IMG/VR virus record: IMGVR_UViG_3300037961_005106
Span: 15,235 to 79,234 of that record
Source of the DNA: a virus
Length of the DNA stretch: 64,000 nucleotides
Reading direction: 5' to 3' (one strand)
The notes under the pieces were generated by a model. It searched no databases, was not told the origin of the DNA, and saw nothing but the letters and a program-made list of their open reading frames with translations. The position numbers and the translations under genes were made by a program. Every line of letters begins with the position of its first letter. Position 1 is the stretch's first letter. Shown here in pieces: positions 1-9,468 of this stretch.

Positions 1-225
1 AAAACCGTAAGGTTCGTTATAAACCGGACCACCTAATAGGCCAACAGCTTTGCAAAGACCTTCTTCGATTTCATGAGCAATGTCATTGACTGTAAATGGT
101 TTGTTTTGCCAGCCTGTTTTGTATGGGTTTTTATTTTCTCCTAAAGGGGTCAACGGCCAGTCAACAGGTATTAAGGAAAGATTAATTTCGCCGGGCTTAA
201 GCGCATTGAAATTTTGATTTGACAT
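1..225 (-). CDS. Bifunctional primase-polymerase (Prim-Pol) N-terminus, runs off window edge
   Basis: Hand translation MSNQNFNALKPGEINLSLIPVDWPLTPLGENKNPYKTGWQNKPF...KAVGLLGG; the WPLTPL..K.P...GWQ pattern is typical of Prim-Pol N-termini. Confidence 0.7.
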   Translation of the reverse strand, partial: MSNQNFNALKPGEINLSLIPVDWPLTPLGENKNPYKTGWQNKPFTVNDIAHEIEEGLCKAVGLLGGPVYNEPYGF

Positions 226-230
226 CAGGC

Positions 231-404
231 TCATTGTTCGATCTTTACTCTAAAACTTTTTGAAGAATTTGTTGTAGTTTTTGCTATTTCATAAGCATGT
301 AGATGTGCTTCAGTAGGCAGCAGAAAGCAGTCACCATCACTAGCCGAAGCCATGGTGTGAAGGATATGAGCAATCCACTGGCCCATTTGGATCTTGTGGA
401 CCAT
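231..404 (-). CDS. Hypothetical protein, 57 aa (not in ORF track)
   Basis: Hand translation MVHKIQMGQWIAHILHTMASASDGDCFLLPT...; stops just before the primase start. Confidence 0.5.
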   Translation of the reverse strand: MVHKIQMGQWIAHILHTMASASDGDCFLLPTEAHLHAYEIAKTTTNSSKSFRVKIEQ

Positions 405-502
405 GAGATAGATTGTTTTTGTGTTTCCTTATCTTAGTTGAATGAAATCCAAAAAGACCTGTAAATATTTTGTCTTAAAATAAGGATAAAGAATGACAAG
501 TT

Positions 503-1795
503 ATGGCTTACAATCCCAATCCTCCCTTTAATCCTTCTGATTATGGCAATAGGCCAGGGGGTATTGATTATGACAAAATGAAAGAAAGTTTACAAGATGT
601 AAGAGATCAAATTGCTAGTCTTAATACACCAATTAGAGATACAGGTGCAGCATTAGAAGGACGTTTGCACGGTCAACCTACTTATGGAGAGGGAGTACCT
701 GGCTATCAGTCAAGAGTGAAAGATAAAAGTGAATATGCAGCTAAAGGAAACTATAGTTTGCCAGACTATGCACAAAAAGCATTAGATGAAAATACTGCTT
801 ATGTGGATATGTATAGACAAAGTCTCGCCGGAGTAGGCGACGATGACAGTAGTGGAGGTTCCCCTGGAGGTGGAAATAACGAAGGCAACCAAGATGACAA
901 AGGAGGCAAAGGCGGTAAAGGCGGTAAAGATGGTTTGAAATTACCTGACTTAGATGAAACTGGTGAAGTTCCTTCTTTTAATACACCAAAACGTTTTTTA
1001 GAGGGAAAAAGCGGAGGGAAGGATACGCCTGACTTTAATAAGAAACCTAGTTTTGATGGAAGAAGTTTTGACGAATTTTTAAAATTAGCCAAAGGAGAAG
1101 GAGGGCATTATGGAAAAGATGGGCAAACAGTAAATGAACTTATGGGTGCAAGTAATAACCCAGAATTAACTAAGCTATATAGCAAACTAAAAGATAAAGG
1201 CATGTCAGAAGATGACATGTTTAAAGCAGCTCAATATGCTGGCTTAACCAATATTAGAACTGGTAAAGAAGGAAAGAGTGATTATAAACAAATGGTTAAA
1301 GCTTTTGAAAATGATTTTTATCAAAATCAAAAATCAGGAGGAGGAGATAGACCCGGAGCAAGTAAGAAAAATATGTATCAGTGGTATTTAGATGAAGGAG
1401 GAGAAGACAAAGGTATGAACAAAATGTTAAGGCGTTCAGGTGTTAAAGATTTTGATTCAGGTAAAGATGGAGCAACATTTGCTACTTATTTAACTGAACA
1501 ATTAAATCGTAATGCTACAGCTCCAAACATTGGGATGGATAAAGCAAGAGAAGCCTTTGGTAAAGGGTTTGGCAAAAAGGATTATAAAGCTGCTCTGGAC
1601 TATGAAGGGCAAGATAAAAAATATATTAAAAAGTATTTAAAAGATTATGCAGAACGAGGAGGAAAAGTCTCGAACAAAGTACAAGCTTTATTCCCCAAAG
1701 CATTTCCAAATAGCCCATCAAACCTAAGCAATCTCTTTGGGGTAAGCCTGGGAGATTTTGGGAACCAAAGCAACATGGGACCTTTTGCCCCTTAA
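503..1795 (+). CDS. Hypothetical Gly/Lys/Asp-rich protein, possibly virion-associated
   Basis: 430 aa ORF, low complexity (GGKGGKGGK), TAAAAT upstream. Confidence 0.6.
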   Translation: MAYNPNPPFNPSDYGNRPGGIDYDKMKESLQDVRDQIASLNTPIRDTGAALEGRLHGQPTYGEGVPGYQSRVKDKSEYAAKGNYSLPDYAQKALDENTAYVDMYRQSLAGVGDDDSSGGSPGGGNNEGNQDDKGGKGGKGGKDGLKLPDLDETGEVPSFNTPKRFLEGKSGGKDTPDFNKKPSFDGRSFDEFLKLAKGEGGHYGKDGQTVNELMGASNNPELTKLYSKLKDKGMSEDDMFKAAQYAGLTNIRTGKEGKSDYKQMVKAFENDFYQNQKSGGGDRPGASKKNMYQWYLDEGGEDKGMNKMLRRSGVKDFDSGKDGATFATYLTEQLNRNATAPNIGMDKAREAFGKGFGKKDYKAALDYEGQDKKYIKKYLKDYAERGGKVSNKVQALFPKAFPNSPSNLSNLFGVSLGDFGNQSNMGPFAP

Positions 1796-1798
1796 GAA

Positions 1799-2647
1799 TT
1801 AAATATTATCAATGTCGTAAACAATACAGTTGTCGATCTGGTTGTAGTATTCAGCTACAACCTTTAACCATTTCTGTTGGCAGCTATCAAGATGACGACG
1901 CGAGATTTTAAACAATTGCGTGTCTTCGGGTGTCGAGACAATGATAGCGGCTTGCTGTACTTTCATATTAAGTGTCTGCTCGATTCCGAGAGCATAAGCT
2001 CCGAGTTGAAGACAGCACTTTTGGAATTTCATATAACCACCGAGTCTGGCCCTCCATTCGGGGGAACCCTTTTCTAATTCTTTAGGCCACCAACGACAGT
2101 AAGGTTTCACACTAGTCTTAAGATCAGCAAGCGTTAGTTTGTTGCCAGCAACTCCAATGATGTCAGGGCTACCAACCCATGGTCTCTCTTCCTCGTCCCG
2201 CCCCCACACACGCCCAATACCATCTTCGGATAAAGCGAACTGGTGGTCATCCCTCAAGGGTGTTTCTGCCCAAAGGACTTCTTGAAATTGTCCGAGAATC
2301 TCAGGCATACCAGTCCAAAATTCTTGATACTCCTGAGGAACGTCAACGTCTTCTTTCTTCAGGAACATCTCCATACAGCTATGTATCGCAGTACCACGTT
2401 CTGCTGCAGCTTCTTTCACGCCAGGGTTCTGTTTTGCCCACATCTCTAACTTCTTCTTATTGGCTTCAGACGCTGTCTCAGAAATAATTGTAGTAACAGA
2501 AGCGGCTGGGCCTGTTTGAAATGGGGTTTCGTAATGACGTTTACCGTTAATTGAAACCCTAGCTGGCTTTGAATTTAAATCAAGAAAAGTTTCTGGATCT
2601 TCGTTGAATAGTTCGTAGACAGTTGCAGATTTATCCGTATCAACCAC
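1799..2647 (-). CDS. PD-(D/E)XK exonuclease (RecB/Cas4/MGME1-like phage exonuclease)
   Basis: SVTTII, ERGTAIH, GSPD..LADLKTS, QLGAYALG motifs. Confidence 0.85.
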   Translation of the reverse strand: MVDTDKSATVYELFNEDPETFLDLNSKPARVSINGKRHYETPFQTGPAASVTTIISETASEANKKKLEMWAKQNPGVKEAAAERGTAIHSCMEMFLKKEDVDVPQEYQEFWTGMPEILGQFQEVLWAETPLRDDHQFALSEDGIGRVWGRDEEERPWVGSPDIIGVAGNKLTLADLKTSVKPYCRWWPKELEKGSPEWRARLGGYMKFQKCCLQLGAYALGIEQTLNMKVQQAAIIVSTPEDTQLFKISRRHLDSCQQKWLKVVAEYYNQIDNCIVYDIDNI

Positions 2648-2687
2648 GGTAAGTTGTGTATATTAATTTAATTGTAGCTTGAAAATC

Positions 2688-3413
2688 ATGGAGTGCTTGG
2701 ATCTTATTGCTGTGCCAGTTATGGTTCAGGGTGAGAAATTAGTACGTCATTTCAAGACCATTGATGTTCCTACAAAGCGCTATTACGTCCTAGATAATTC
2801 AATGGGACTAGATCCGTCCGTAGATGAAGCCATCGATTGGATTTGTGATAACAAGCCAGAACACATTAAAGAAATCGTTGTCGTTAGTAACAATCAAAAC
2901 TCTGGGTACCCTGGTGCGGTGAACCAAATCATACGTGACAATACTGATTGTGACCACTGGATTGTCACAGGCTTTGATTGGTGGGTAGCTAAAAACCAAT
3001 ATAAAACCCTACTAGAGGTGGATTTTAAAGAGGGGGTATTTTTAGGAGTAGGTATTGACGACATGTGCGGGTTTATTTTTACGCCAGCCCTTATTGAGAA
3101 AGTCGGACTGCTTGATGAGAATTTCTTTCCTGGTTACTTTGAAGACAATGATTACAAACGTCGGATTCAGTTAGCTAAAGCCGACGTCATACACCTGCCT
3201 TTATTCAATACACACGACAGATCGAGCACTTTAAATAGCTCAAGCAAATTCAAAAAGAAAAATCAATATACATTTCAAGAAAATTATATGTATTATGTAA
3301 ACAAATGGGGCGGAAAACCCGGCCAAGAAAAGTATGAAACTCCCTTCAACAAAGGATTACCCATCAACTACTGGGCGTTCAATCCCGCACGTCGAGAAAA
3401 ACTCCGTTGGTGA
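2688..3413 (+). CDS. Glycosyltransferase family 2-like protein
   Basis: LDNS, NSGYPGAVNQII, VGLLDENFFPGYFEDNDY. Confidence 0.8.
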   Translation: MECLDLIAVPVMVQGEKLVRHFKTIDVPTKRYYVLDNSMGLDPSVDEAIDWICDNKPEHIKEIVVVSNNQNSGYPGAVNQIIRDNTDCDHWIVTGFDWWVAKNQYKTLLEVDFKEGVFLGVGIDDMCGFIFTPALIEKVGLLDENFFPGYFEDNDYKRRIQLAKADVIHLPLFNTHDRSSTLNSSSKFKKKNQYTFQENYMYYVNKWGGKPGQEKYETPFNKGLPINYWAFNPARREKLRW

Positions 3414-3414
3414 A

Positions 3415-4557
3415 ATGATTTTATTAAACTTAGGTGTTCAACCTTTGGTTAATAACCTTTGTAAATCAAAAGAAGCTGCGCTTAACGCCAAACAATATCA
3501 GCTTTGCGCCACAATTGATGATGATCTTTTGGTCAAACTAGATACAACAGTACCTAGTGATGAACTATACAAAGATTATTTGTATCACTCTGGCGTAAGC
3601 ATGCCTTATACCTATCATTGCCGGGAACTGTGGCATGATATTAAACACCTACGACATCAGACCATTATTGACATCGGTGGCAATGACGGTACGTTGCTTA
3701 GTGCTTTTCAGTCACAAACAAAAGAAAAATTAAATTTATATAATGTAGACGCTAGCGCTTCGTTTAAAAAAGAAAACGAAACAAAGGGTATTACTTACGT
3801 CAACGATTACTTTAATAAGGATACAGACGTACCTAAAGCAGACCTTATTACATCAACAAATGTTTTTCAGCACACTCCCAATGCTGAAAAGTTTGTTGAA
3901 GGCATTGCTGAAAAGCTTGACGGCACCTGGATTCTTGAGTTTCCTTATACATTACGTACGATTCAAACACTTCAGTTTGATCAGTTCTACCACGAACATT
4001 ATTACTACTGGATGGTCAAACCTCTAAAAAAATTATTATCCCAATTTGGTCTTAATATCTATCATGCAGAAGAAGTAGATATCCATGGGGGATCAATGCG
4101 TTTATGGATTACTAACAAAGAATTTTATGCTGATACAGAAGCAGCAGAAAAATTTATTGCACAAGAAGAAGCCTACGATTATAAATCTTTTTACAGCCAG
4201 TCCTATCGAAAAATTATTGATGACAGTGTTTTCTTAAACAAACTAGAAGGCAAGACAGTTTTCTTTGGGGCAGCAGCAAAAGGTTGTGTCTATTTGAATG
4301 CACTGCAAAAGACAGCAGAGAATGGTGAGTATGTTGTTGACGACACACCAGAGAAGCAAGGTAAATTTGTACCTGGTACTGGCATGAAAATCCATAGCCG
4401 TACGTTCATGCTGGAAGATGAGCCAGATAATGTTGTGATTTTGGCACACAATTTTGCCGGTTACATTACAACAAAGTTACGCCACGATGGATATAAAGGT
4501 AAGATCATTACAATGATGCCGGACATTTACATCGACGAAGTACAGGATCACCAATGA
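3415..4557 (+). CDS. NDP-sugar C-methyltransferase-like SAM-dependent methyltransferase
   Basis: LGVQPLVN, IDIGGNDGTLL, FDQFYHEHYYY, IHGGSMR, FGAAAKG, DDTPEKQG; ATG 3415 follows the upstream stop. Confidence 0.85.
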   Translation: MILLNLGVQPLVNNLCKSKEAALNAKQYQLCATIDDDLLVKLDTTVPSDELYKDYLYHSGVSMPYTYHCRELWHDIKHLRHQTIIDIGGNDGTLLSAFQSQTKEKLNLYNVDASASFKKENETKGITYVNDYFNKDTDVPKADLITSTNVFQHTPNAEKFVEGIAEKLDGTWILEFPYTLRTIQTLQFDQFYHEHYYYWMVKPLKKLLSQFGLNIYHAEEVDIHGGSMRLWITNKEFYADTEAAEKFIAQEEAYDYKSFYSQSYRKIIDDSVFLNKLEGKTVFFGAAAKGCVYLNALQKTAENGEYVVDDTPEKQGKFVPGTGMKIHSRTFMLEDEPDNVVILAHNFAGYITTKLRHDGYKGKIITMMPDIYIDEVQDHQ

Positions 4558-5861
4558 AATATGCAGTGTTTTATCATGTCTTCCCAGGTGATAACTGGGA
4601 GGACATGTATCTAGAACAATTAGGTGCCCTCCTTGCAAGTAAGCTTTATGAACAACTGGATCATTTCTACATTGGGTTTAACGGCAGCCTTGACTTATTG
4701 TCTCTTCCAGGTAAAGCTATTGCGTGCGAGAATCAGAATAAGCAGGAGGAGACTGAGACGTTAGAAGCACTACATCAATGGTGCAAAGAGAATGATGATG
4801 CCGCTGTGCTGTATATGCACACTAAAGGTGTATCACGTCGAACACAATACACTGATGACTGGCGTCATCTAATGGAATTTTTCTGTATTCATCAATGGGA
4901 AGAATGTCTCAATCGTCTTGTTTTAGGTGATACTGCATTGAAACCACCGTCAGATGTAGTCGGTGTTAACTGGCAAGAACAAACATCAATGGGTTATCAC
5001 CCTCATTTCTCTGGTGGTTTTTGGTGGGCTAAGTCTAGTTATGTAGCTGGGTTATCAGATGAATATCTAAAGCATCCCAATCGTTATTGGCGAGAGTTTT
5101 GGATTGGTACAGGAGAACCTATTGCTAGTAATTTGTGGGAAAGTAATTTAAATCGTATTGATAAAGCGATGCATTACACACAACCTTATGAGAAAAAATT
5201 GTATAGTAATAGATATTTAAACGAACAAGTGATGAAACAAAGAAACAAGTGGGAGGAACCTGATACTGGCCTTGTCAAACTGATTGACAATTTAAATGTT
5301 AACGGATTTGAAGTAGCTGGAGGAACAGATAAAAATACAATCCATAACTACACAGGTATTTATGCAGAATTGTTAAAGCCTTATCGTGAGAAACAACGAG
5401 GCACTCTGTTAGAAATTGGCGTACAACATGGAGGATCTTCCTTGTTGTGGCATGAATATCTACCCCAGTTTTATTTGTTCCTTTCAGATATCCAGGATAT
5501 TGTTCCTGATTCTATCTGGGATCAAATGGACCCTGATCGTTATGACTTCTATCAAGGTGATGCATACAACGGAGGCAGCTTAAAAATGTTTTCTGATGAA
5601 TGCGCAGAAGGATTTGATGTGATTATTGATGATGGACCACATACATTACAGTCACAAGTATTTGCTGTTGAGCATTATTACCCAATGGTTAAACCTGGTG
5701 GTGTTCTAATCATTGAAGATATCCAAGATATTAATCATGTCGATGTATTAACCGAAGCTGTACCAGAAGAAGAACGTAACAACATAAGAGTTTATGACAA
5801 CCGCCCTAGTCGTGGTCGTTACGATGACATTATTTGGGCTATAGTTGCACCAGCCCGATAG
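4554..5861 (+). CDS. Fusion of a glycosyltransferase-like N-domain and a class I SAM O-methyltransferase
   Basis: N-half YMHTKGVS..DWR..M, HFSGGFWW; C-half TDK..HNY, LLEIGVQHGGS, DVIIDDGPH, GGVLIIED. Confidence 0.75.
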   Translation: MKYAVFYHVFPGDNWEDMYLEQLGALLASKLYEQLDHFYIGFNGSLDLLSLPGKAIACENQNKQEETETLEALHQWCKENDDAAVLYMHTKGVSRRTQYTDDWRHLMEFFCIHQWEECLNRLVLGDTALKPPSDVVGVNWQEQTSMGYHPHFSGGFWWAKSSYVAGLSDEYLKHPNRYWREFWIGTGEPIASNLWESNLNRIDKAMHYTQPYEKKLYSNRYLNEQVMKQRNKWEEPDTGLVKLIDNLNVNGFEVAGGTDKNTIHNYTGIYAELLKPYREKQRGTLLEIGVQHGGSSLLWHEYLPQFYLFLSDIQDIVPDSIWDQMDPDRYDFYQGDAYNGGSLKMFSDECAEGFDVIIDDGPHTLQSQVFAVEHYYPMVKPGGVLIIEDIQDINHVDVLTEAVPEEERNNIRVYDNRPSRGRYDDIIWAIVAPAR

Positions 5862-5919
5862 TCGAAGGGCTTTAACTTCTAGTACAAGATGTTCAAGACG
5901 GGACGGTTAAGGAATAAAT

Positions 5920-5943
5920 AGCGGGCTAGTCACCCGCTTTTTT
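5920..5943 (+). terminator. Intrinsic terminator
   Basis: AGCGGG-CTAGTCA-CCCGCT followed by a T-tract. Confidence 0.75.
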
Positions 5944-5972
5944 GTTATCATTTAGAAAAGTAAATACTTTTA

Positions 5973-6233
5973 GTGTCTTCTCGTAAACGTAATCTTAAAC
6001 ATCGGTATGGGATTACAGAACAAGAATATGATGAAATGGCAGCCGCACAAAATCATTGCTGCAAGATTTGTAAGTGTAAACCAATTAAATCTTTGTACGT
6101 AGACCATTGCCATAGCACTAATAAAGTGCGTGGTCTTTTATGTCACAATTGCAACGTAGCTTTGGGCCATATGAATGATGACCCAAAACAATTATTAAAT
6201 GCAGTGGAGTATCTTAGTTCTTGCGTAGCGTAG
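5973..6233 (+). CDS. Endonuclease VII-like protein
   Basis: YGIT..EY, CKIC, VDHCH.T.KVRGLLCHNCN.ALG. Confidence 0.85.
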   Translation: MSSRKRNLKHRYGITEQEYDEMAAAQNHCCKICKCKPIKSLYVDHCHSTNKVRGLLCHNCNVALGHMNDDPKQLLNAVEYLSSCVA

Positions 6234-6753
6234 CTTTAATCATCCAAGAAGATTTGAATGCATCTTCGATAAGTTCCCCACAATAATTTTCAATGTCGTA
6301 AGCTTCTTGCTTAGCCGCTAGCTTGGCAACCTTTTTGCAGTTCATTCCAAACTCTTCAAGGTTCTTATAATAGACATAGAGCATTGATCCACCAGCATAT
6401 GAATCAATATGATCAAATTTTTTATACGCACTAAACAAACCTTTGCAACACATTGGCATCATGAAATCAAGAGAGCGCACCAATTCGCCAAGGCGATCCA
6501 GTTGTTCCTGGTGCTTCTCATATTGTTTCTTGGTGAACTTATGCACACCAAAAAAATTAGCTGCTTCGTAGTTGAAGTGTATCAAATGAGATTGCAACAT
6601 GAGGTGCGCCACCTCACTAGAAAGATTGATGAGTTCATTGGCAAGTCTTCCTACGGGTTCACGCTTACTCTTGGGCTGTGGATCATTGGATACTGGATCC
6701 TCTTGCCGCTCTACAGTTTGTTCAGGTTGTTCCAAAGGGATTCCACTATACAT
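6214..6753 (-). CDS. dps: Dps/ferritin-like protein
   Basis: QSHLIHFNY...FFGVH.F...QY.....QLDRLGE.VR.L matches the Dps HWNV..LH..D...E pattern; C-terminal WMIKATL. Confidence 0.75.
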   Translation of the reverse strand: MYSGIPLEQPEQTVERQEDPVSNDPQPKSKREPVGRLANELINLSSEVAHLMLQSHLIHFNYEAANFFGVHKFTKKQYEKHQEQLDRLGELVRSLDFMMPMCCKGLFSAYKKFDHIDSYAGGSMLYVYYKNLEEFGMNCKKVAKLAAKQEAYDIENYCGELIEDAFKSSWMIKATLRKN

Positions 6754-6797
6754 AGCCCAGCTATTATATTGTTGTTTTCTATTCTACTAAGATAGAT

Positions 6798-6968
6798 ATG
6801 GAGGAGTTACGTGAGTTATTAGAAAAGAATGAAGACGATTACTTTCTTCTTCCACACTATGGATTAATAGCTGATTGGTACCAAAGATATTGGCAGCTAC
6901 ATGAAGTTGTAGCAAAACATATAGAATATAATGAATATTACATACCAGACAATATAGAAAGAGATTGA
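6798..6968 (+). CDS. Hypothetical protein, 56 aa (not in ORF track)
   Basis: Hand translation MEELRELLEKNEDDYFLLPHYGLIADWYQRYW...; stop overlaps the next start. Confidence 0.4.
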   Translation: MEELRELLEKNEDDYFLLPHYGLIADWYQRYWQLHEVVAKHIEYNEYYIPDNIERD

Positions 6969-7186
6969 ATCTATCGCAAAAAGAAAAGGTACTTTTAAGT
7001 TTTTTAGGAGTAATTTTTGCGTCTCAATTATTTTTCTTGGGTCATTCTTTGTTCTATTGCATGGACCATGGCGGTCTAAAGGCATGCCCAGAAATGGGTA
7101 AAAGATTAGAGATGACATTTGCTGGACAAGTGGCTACTGTGTTAGCTCTCATTACAAACATCGGAACCGGGAGGTCTAGTAAATGA
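6965..7186 (+). CDS. Small membrane protein with two hydrophobic segments
   Basis: LLSFLGVIFASQLFFLG and VATVLALIT, two Cys in the loop. Confidence 0.55.
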   Translation: MNLSQKEKVLLSFLGVIFASQLFFLGHSLFYCMDHGGLKACPEMGKRLEMTFAGQVATVLALITNIGTGRSSK

Positions 7187-7356
7187 AACCATTAAAACAA
7201 TATAAAAAATTACAAACACTTAATGTAAAAGCTGAGCGTTGTTTATCGAGAGAAGAAGCTCAACGGCTTATTCGTAAAGCAGACAAGGCTCAACGTAAAC
7301 TTGACTTTGCTAATTACTGTGGATCAATACACAAGGGACAATTGGGAGAAAATTAA
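7183..7356 (+). CDS. Small basic cyanobacterial/cyanophage-type hypothetical protein
   Basis: Hand translation ...KAERCLSREEAQRLIRKADKAQRKL; ATGA overlap with the upstream ORF. Confidence 0.5.
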   Translation: MKPLKQYKKLQTLNVKAERCLSREEAQRLIRKADKAQRKLDFANYCGSIHKGQLGEN

Positions 7357-7483
7357 AACCCACCTTGAAGCGGTGGGTCAAACAAACAATATGTTTTATA
7401 AAAGAGCACAAGCTATTATTAATGATCAGTCTGATCCTTTGAAGCACCCGTCACTAACCACTGAAGATCAAGAAGAGTCCTAA
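7301..7483 (+). CDS. Cyanophage-type hypothetical protein (likely GTG start at 7319)
   Basis: NWEKIK..LE..G.T.NMFYKRA..I.....DPL pattern recalled from cyanophages. Confidence 0.6.
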   Translation: MTLLITVDQYTRDNWEKIKTHLEAVGQTNNMFYKRAQAIINDQSDPLKHPSLTTEDQEES

Positions 7484-7616
7484 GTTCAGCGTTGTGCCAG
7501 GCAATTTGTTTAACAATAGCTTCATTTAAAGCATCATAAATTTCTTGTGCGGTAAACATTTCTGTTGCCCCACAGATGATGTCTTCAAAGTCAGAGACAA
7601 GATCATTATTAATCAT
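7419..7616 (-). CDS. Hypothetical protein
   Basis: ORF track; coupled to the upstream minus-strand ORF. Confidence 0.5.
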   Translation of the reverse strand: MINNDLVSDFEDIICGATEMFTAQEIYDALNEAIVKQIAWHNAELRTLLDLQWLVTGASKDQTDH

Positions 7617-7881
7617 GGAGGGTAGCCATAAACTGCTCTCCTTTTTTTAATTCCTCCATGTTAATGAATTGTTCAATCGCATTTAAACGATCGAAATACA
7701 TTTGACGACAAGTAGGACCAGCTTCTTTTAAACAGAAGTCTTGCCAAAGTCCAGTGTAAACACCATGAAGAGGATGGTCTTTTGACTCACGCCCAGAGCA
7801 CTTGTACATGTGTGCCATAAATGTTACTCTTTGCTGTTGCTCAGTAACATTCCAGCCCTGAAGGTAGGAAGTGTCCATCAT
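7609..7881 (-). CDS. Hypothetical protein (cyanophage type)
   Basis: MY..SGR....HP.HG.YTGLWQ motif; operon packing. Confidence 0.6.
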   Translation of the reverse strand: MMDTSYLQGWNVTEQQQRVTFMAHMYKCSGRESKDHPLHGVYTGLWQDFCLKEAGPTCRQMYFDRLNAIEQFINMEELKKGEQFMATLHD

Positions 7882-8072
7882 TCACCAATTACTTCAACTG
7901 ATTTTACATCGGTGAACAAGCCTTGCACGGTACCATTTCGCATTTCCCATAAAGAATCAATTAAATCATCATGGACAATCTCTGCAAATTCTTTAGCGGT
8001 ACGTCCTTGAAAAGGATCGTATTCAATTTCAATATCAACAGAGAATGTAATCTGAGCGATAGGTTTGGTCAC
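7878..8072 (-). CDS. Hypothetical protein
   Basis: ORF track; 4-nt overlap with the next gene. Confidence 0.55.
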   Translation of the reverse strand: MTKPIAQITFSVDIEIEYDPFQGRTAKEFAEIVHDDLIDSLWEMRNGTVQGLFTDVKSVEVIGE

Positions 8073-8101
8073 TGATCAGTAAGTTACTTTTTAAAATTAT
8101 A

Positions 8102-8374
8102 TTACTTATCTAGTAAATGTTCTAGGTTATTTACCTTGGAATCTTGATAGTAACCTAAACGTGATTGAATGATGTTGACATAGTTAATAGCAGCATCAAC
8201 AAGGTCTTCAGCATCAAGAGAAGAAGAGACGTGCTCATTAGCAAGCAGGCCAGCCACTAACGTGGTGACCTGCCATTCAAGCTTGTTACCAATTAAAGCC
8301 GGGAGAGGAGTGCCACCTTTCGTAAAATGATCGAGGATGTAGTAAATATGTTCCTCGTAATTTTTTGAATTCAT
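8102..8374 (-). CDS. Hypothetical protein
   Basis: ORF track; operon packing. Confidence 0.6.
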   Translation of the reverse strand: MNSKNYEEHIYYILDHFTKGGTPLPALIGNKLEWQVTTLVAGLLANEHVSSSLDAEDLVDAAINYVNIIQSRLGYYQDSKVNNLEHLLDK

Positions 8375-8389
8375 GACACTCCTTTTCGA

Positions 8390-8710
8390 CTATCCTACCG
8401 CAACTTGCATGTAATACCAGTAAGCATTAGCTGCATTGTTGTGATAGCGCTTGGCCTTCATTAGCTTTAGTTTGTGTTCTCGAAAGTCATCTACCTTACT
8501 GTCGTTGTAAGGAACTTCCTGTTCGTTTTCCAAAGCAATTTCTTGATCAACAATTGTAAGTTGAAGATCAATATCTTCTACTGCTTGGCGTGAACACTGC
8601 ATACGCAACTCAGCATCTTTAATGTTTTTAGGTACATCAAGATTTTGATAGAAGCTTGCTTGTAGATTTGGATGGTGTTTGATCCAGGATGATTCGAGTT
8701 CTGATGGCAT
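8390..8710 (-). CDS. Hypothetical coiled-coil protein (start reassigned to ATG 8710)
   Basis: In-frame Met MPSELE minimises the overlap with the Gp157-like gene. Confidence 0.55.
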   Translation of the reverse strand: MPSELESSWIKHHPNLQASFYQNLDVPKNIKDAELRMQCSRQAVEDIDLQLTIVDQEIALENEQEVPYNDSKVDDFREHKLKLMKAKRYHNNAANAYWYYMQVAVG

Positions 8711-9308
8711 AGTTTGGTACGATTTTGACTCCCGTGGGAAGTAGTTCACCTTTTTCGTAGGCGTTGAAAATGGCATCTGGATTAGGTATGGTTTCAAATT
8801 TAACCTTTTCGTCAGTGTACAAAACATCCCCATCAATGTTTGTACAATCAGTTAAGGTTGTGGTCTTCTTCACCATAGCGTACTTGGTACGTTCGTCAGC
8901 AGACCAGTCATCAACAGCACTAGAAATTTCTAATTTATCTTTGACGGGTGAAATAGTAAATTCATAATCTTTACCTATGAGCTTATTGTCTTTTGCAAAA
9001 CCTCTACGCCTTAACTCCATAAGCATGGAACGCATAGAGTTAACTTGTGCTTGATGATGTTTGATTGCATCATCAATTTCCTTTTTAATTTCTTTGCCAC
9101 GTTCTACTGCAGCTTCATTCTTTTTGATTTGATAGTAAAGACCATCAATTTTTCTAGAACGAAGAAGAGAACAAGCTTCTAGTTCAGCAAGAACTAACTC
9201 TTGAGATTCAGGTGTAAGAAAATCAAAGCTACTTTTTAATGCAGCATGATGTTGATACAACTCAAATGTATTGAGCTTATCAAGTTTGGTTGAAGTGATC
9301 TGAGTCAT
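8637..9308 (-). CDS. Siphovirus Gp157-like protein
   Basis: KIDGL..coiled coil..LM, C-terminal PNPDAI...EKGE.LP.GV.I. Confidence 0.6.
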   Translation of the reverse strand: MTQITSTKLDKLNTFELYQHHAALKSSFDFLTPESQELVLAELEACSLLRSRKIDGLYYQIKKNEAAVERGKEIKKEIDDAIKHHQAQVNSMRSMLMELRRRGFAKDNKLIGKDYEFTISPVKDKLEISSAVDDWSADERTKYAMVKKTTTLTDCTNIDGDVLYTDEKVKFETIPNPDAIFNAYEKGELLPTGVKIVPNYAIRTRIILDQTPSKSTSKLLSKS

Positions 9309-9418
9309 GAGAAGAAAGAAGTGACATAGTTAATAGCAAAAGCACAAGCTGCTCCCATAGCTGCATACGCAACTTCACGGAACAAATCTGTAGCTACACC
9401 AAGAACGAAACCAAACAT
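9305..9418 (-). CDS. Small hydrophobic protein, 37 aa (not in ORF track)
   Basis: Hand translation MFGFVLGVATDLFREVAYAAMGAACAFAINYVTSFFS; ATGA coupling. Confidence 0.5.
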   Translation of the reverse strand: MFGFVLGVATDLFREVAYAAMGAACAFAINYVTSFFS

Positions 9419-9443
9419 TGAATGAAATGATAAAGGGTTGACG

Positions 9444-9468
9444 CTAGGGCTTACGCAAAGCTGCCTAG
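9444..9468 (-). repeat. Family I structured spacer element, copy 1
   Basis: CUAGG-CA-GCUUUGC-GUAAGC-CCUAG; contains the stop codon of the upstream gene. Confidence 0.75.

Noticed and set aside
1799-2647. Exonuclease as CRISPR Cas4
   Set aside because: No 4-Cys Fe-S cluster motif and no cas context; an ordinary phage PD-(D/E)XK nuclease
5852-5920. Hairpin AGCCC..GGGCT and 10-codon ORF MFKTGRLRNK before the terminator
   Set aside because: Single copy, no RBS, no recognisable motif; cannot support an sRNA or leader peptide call
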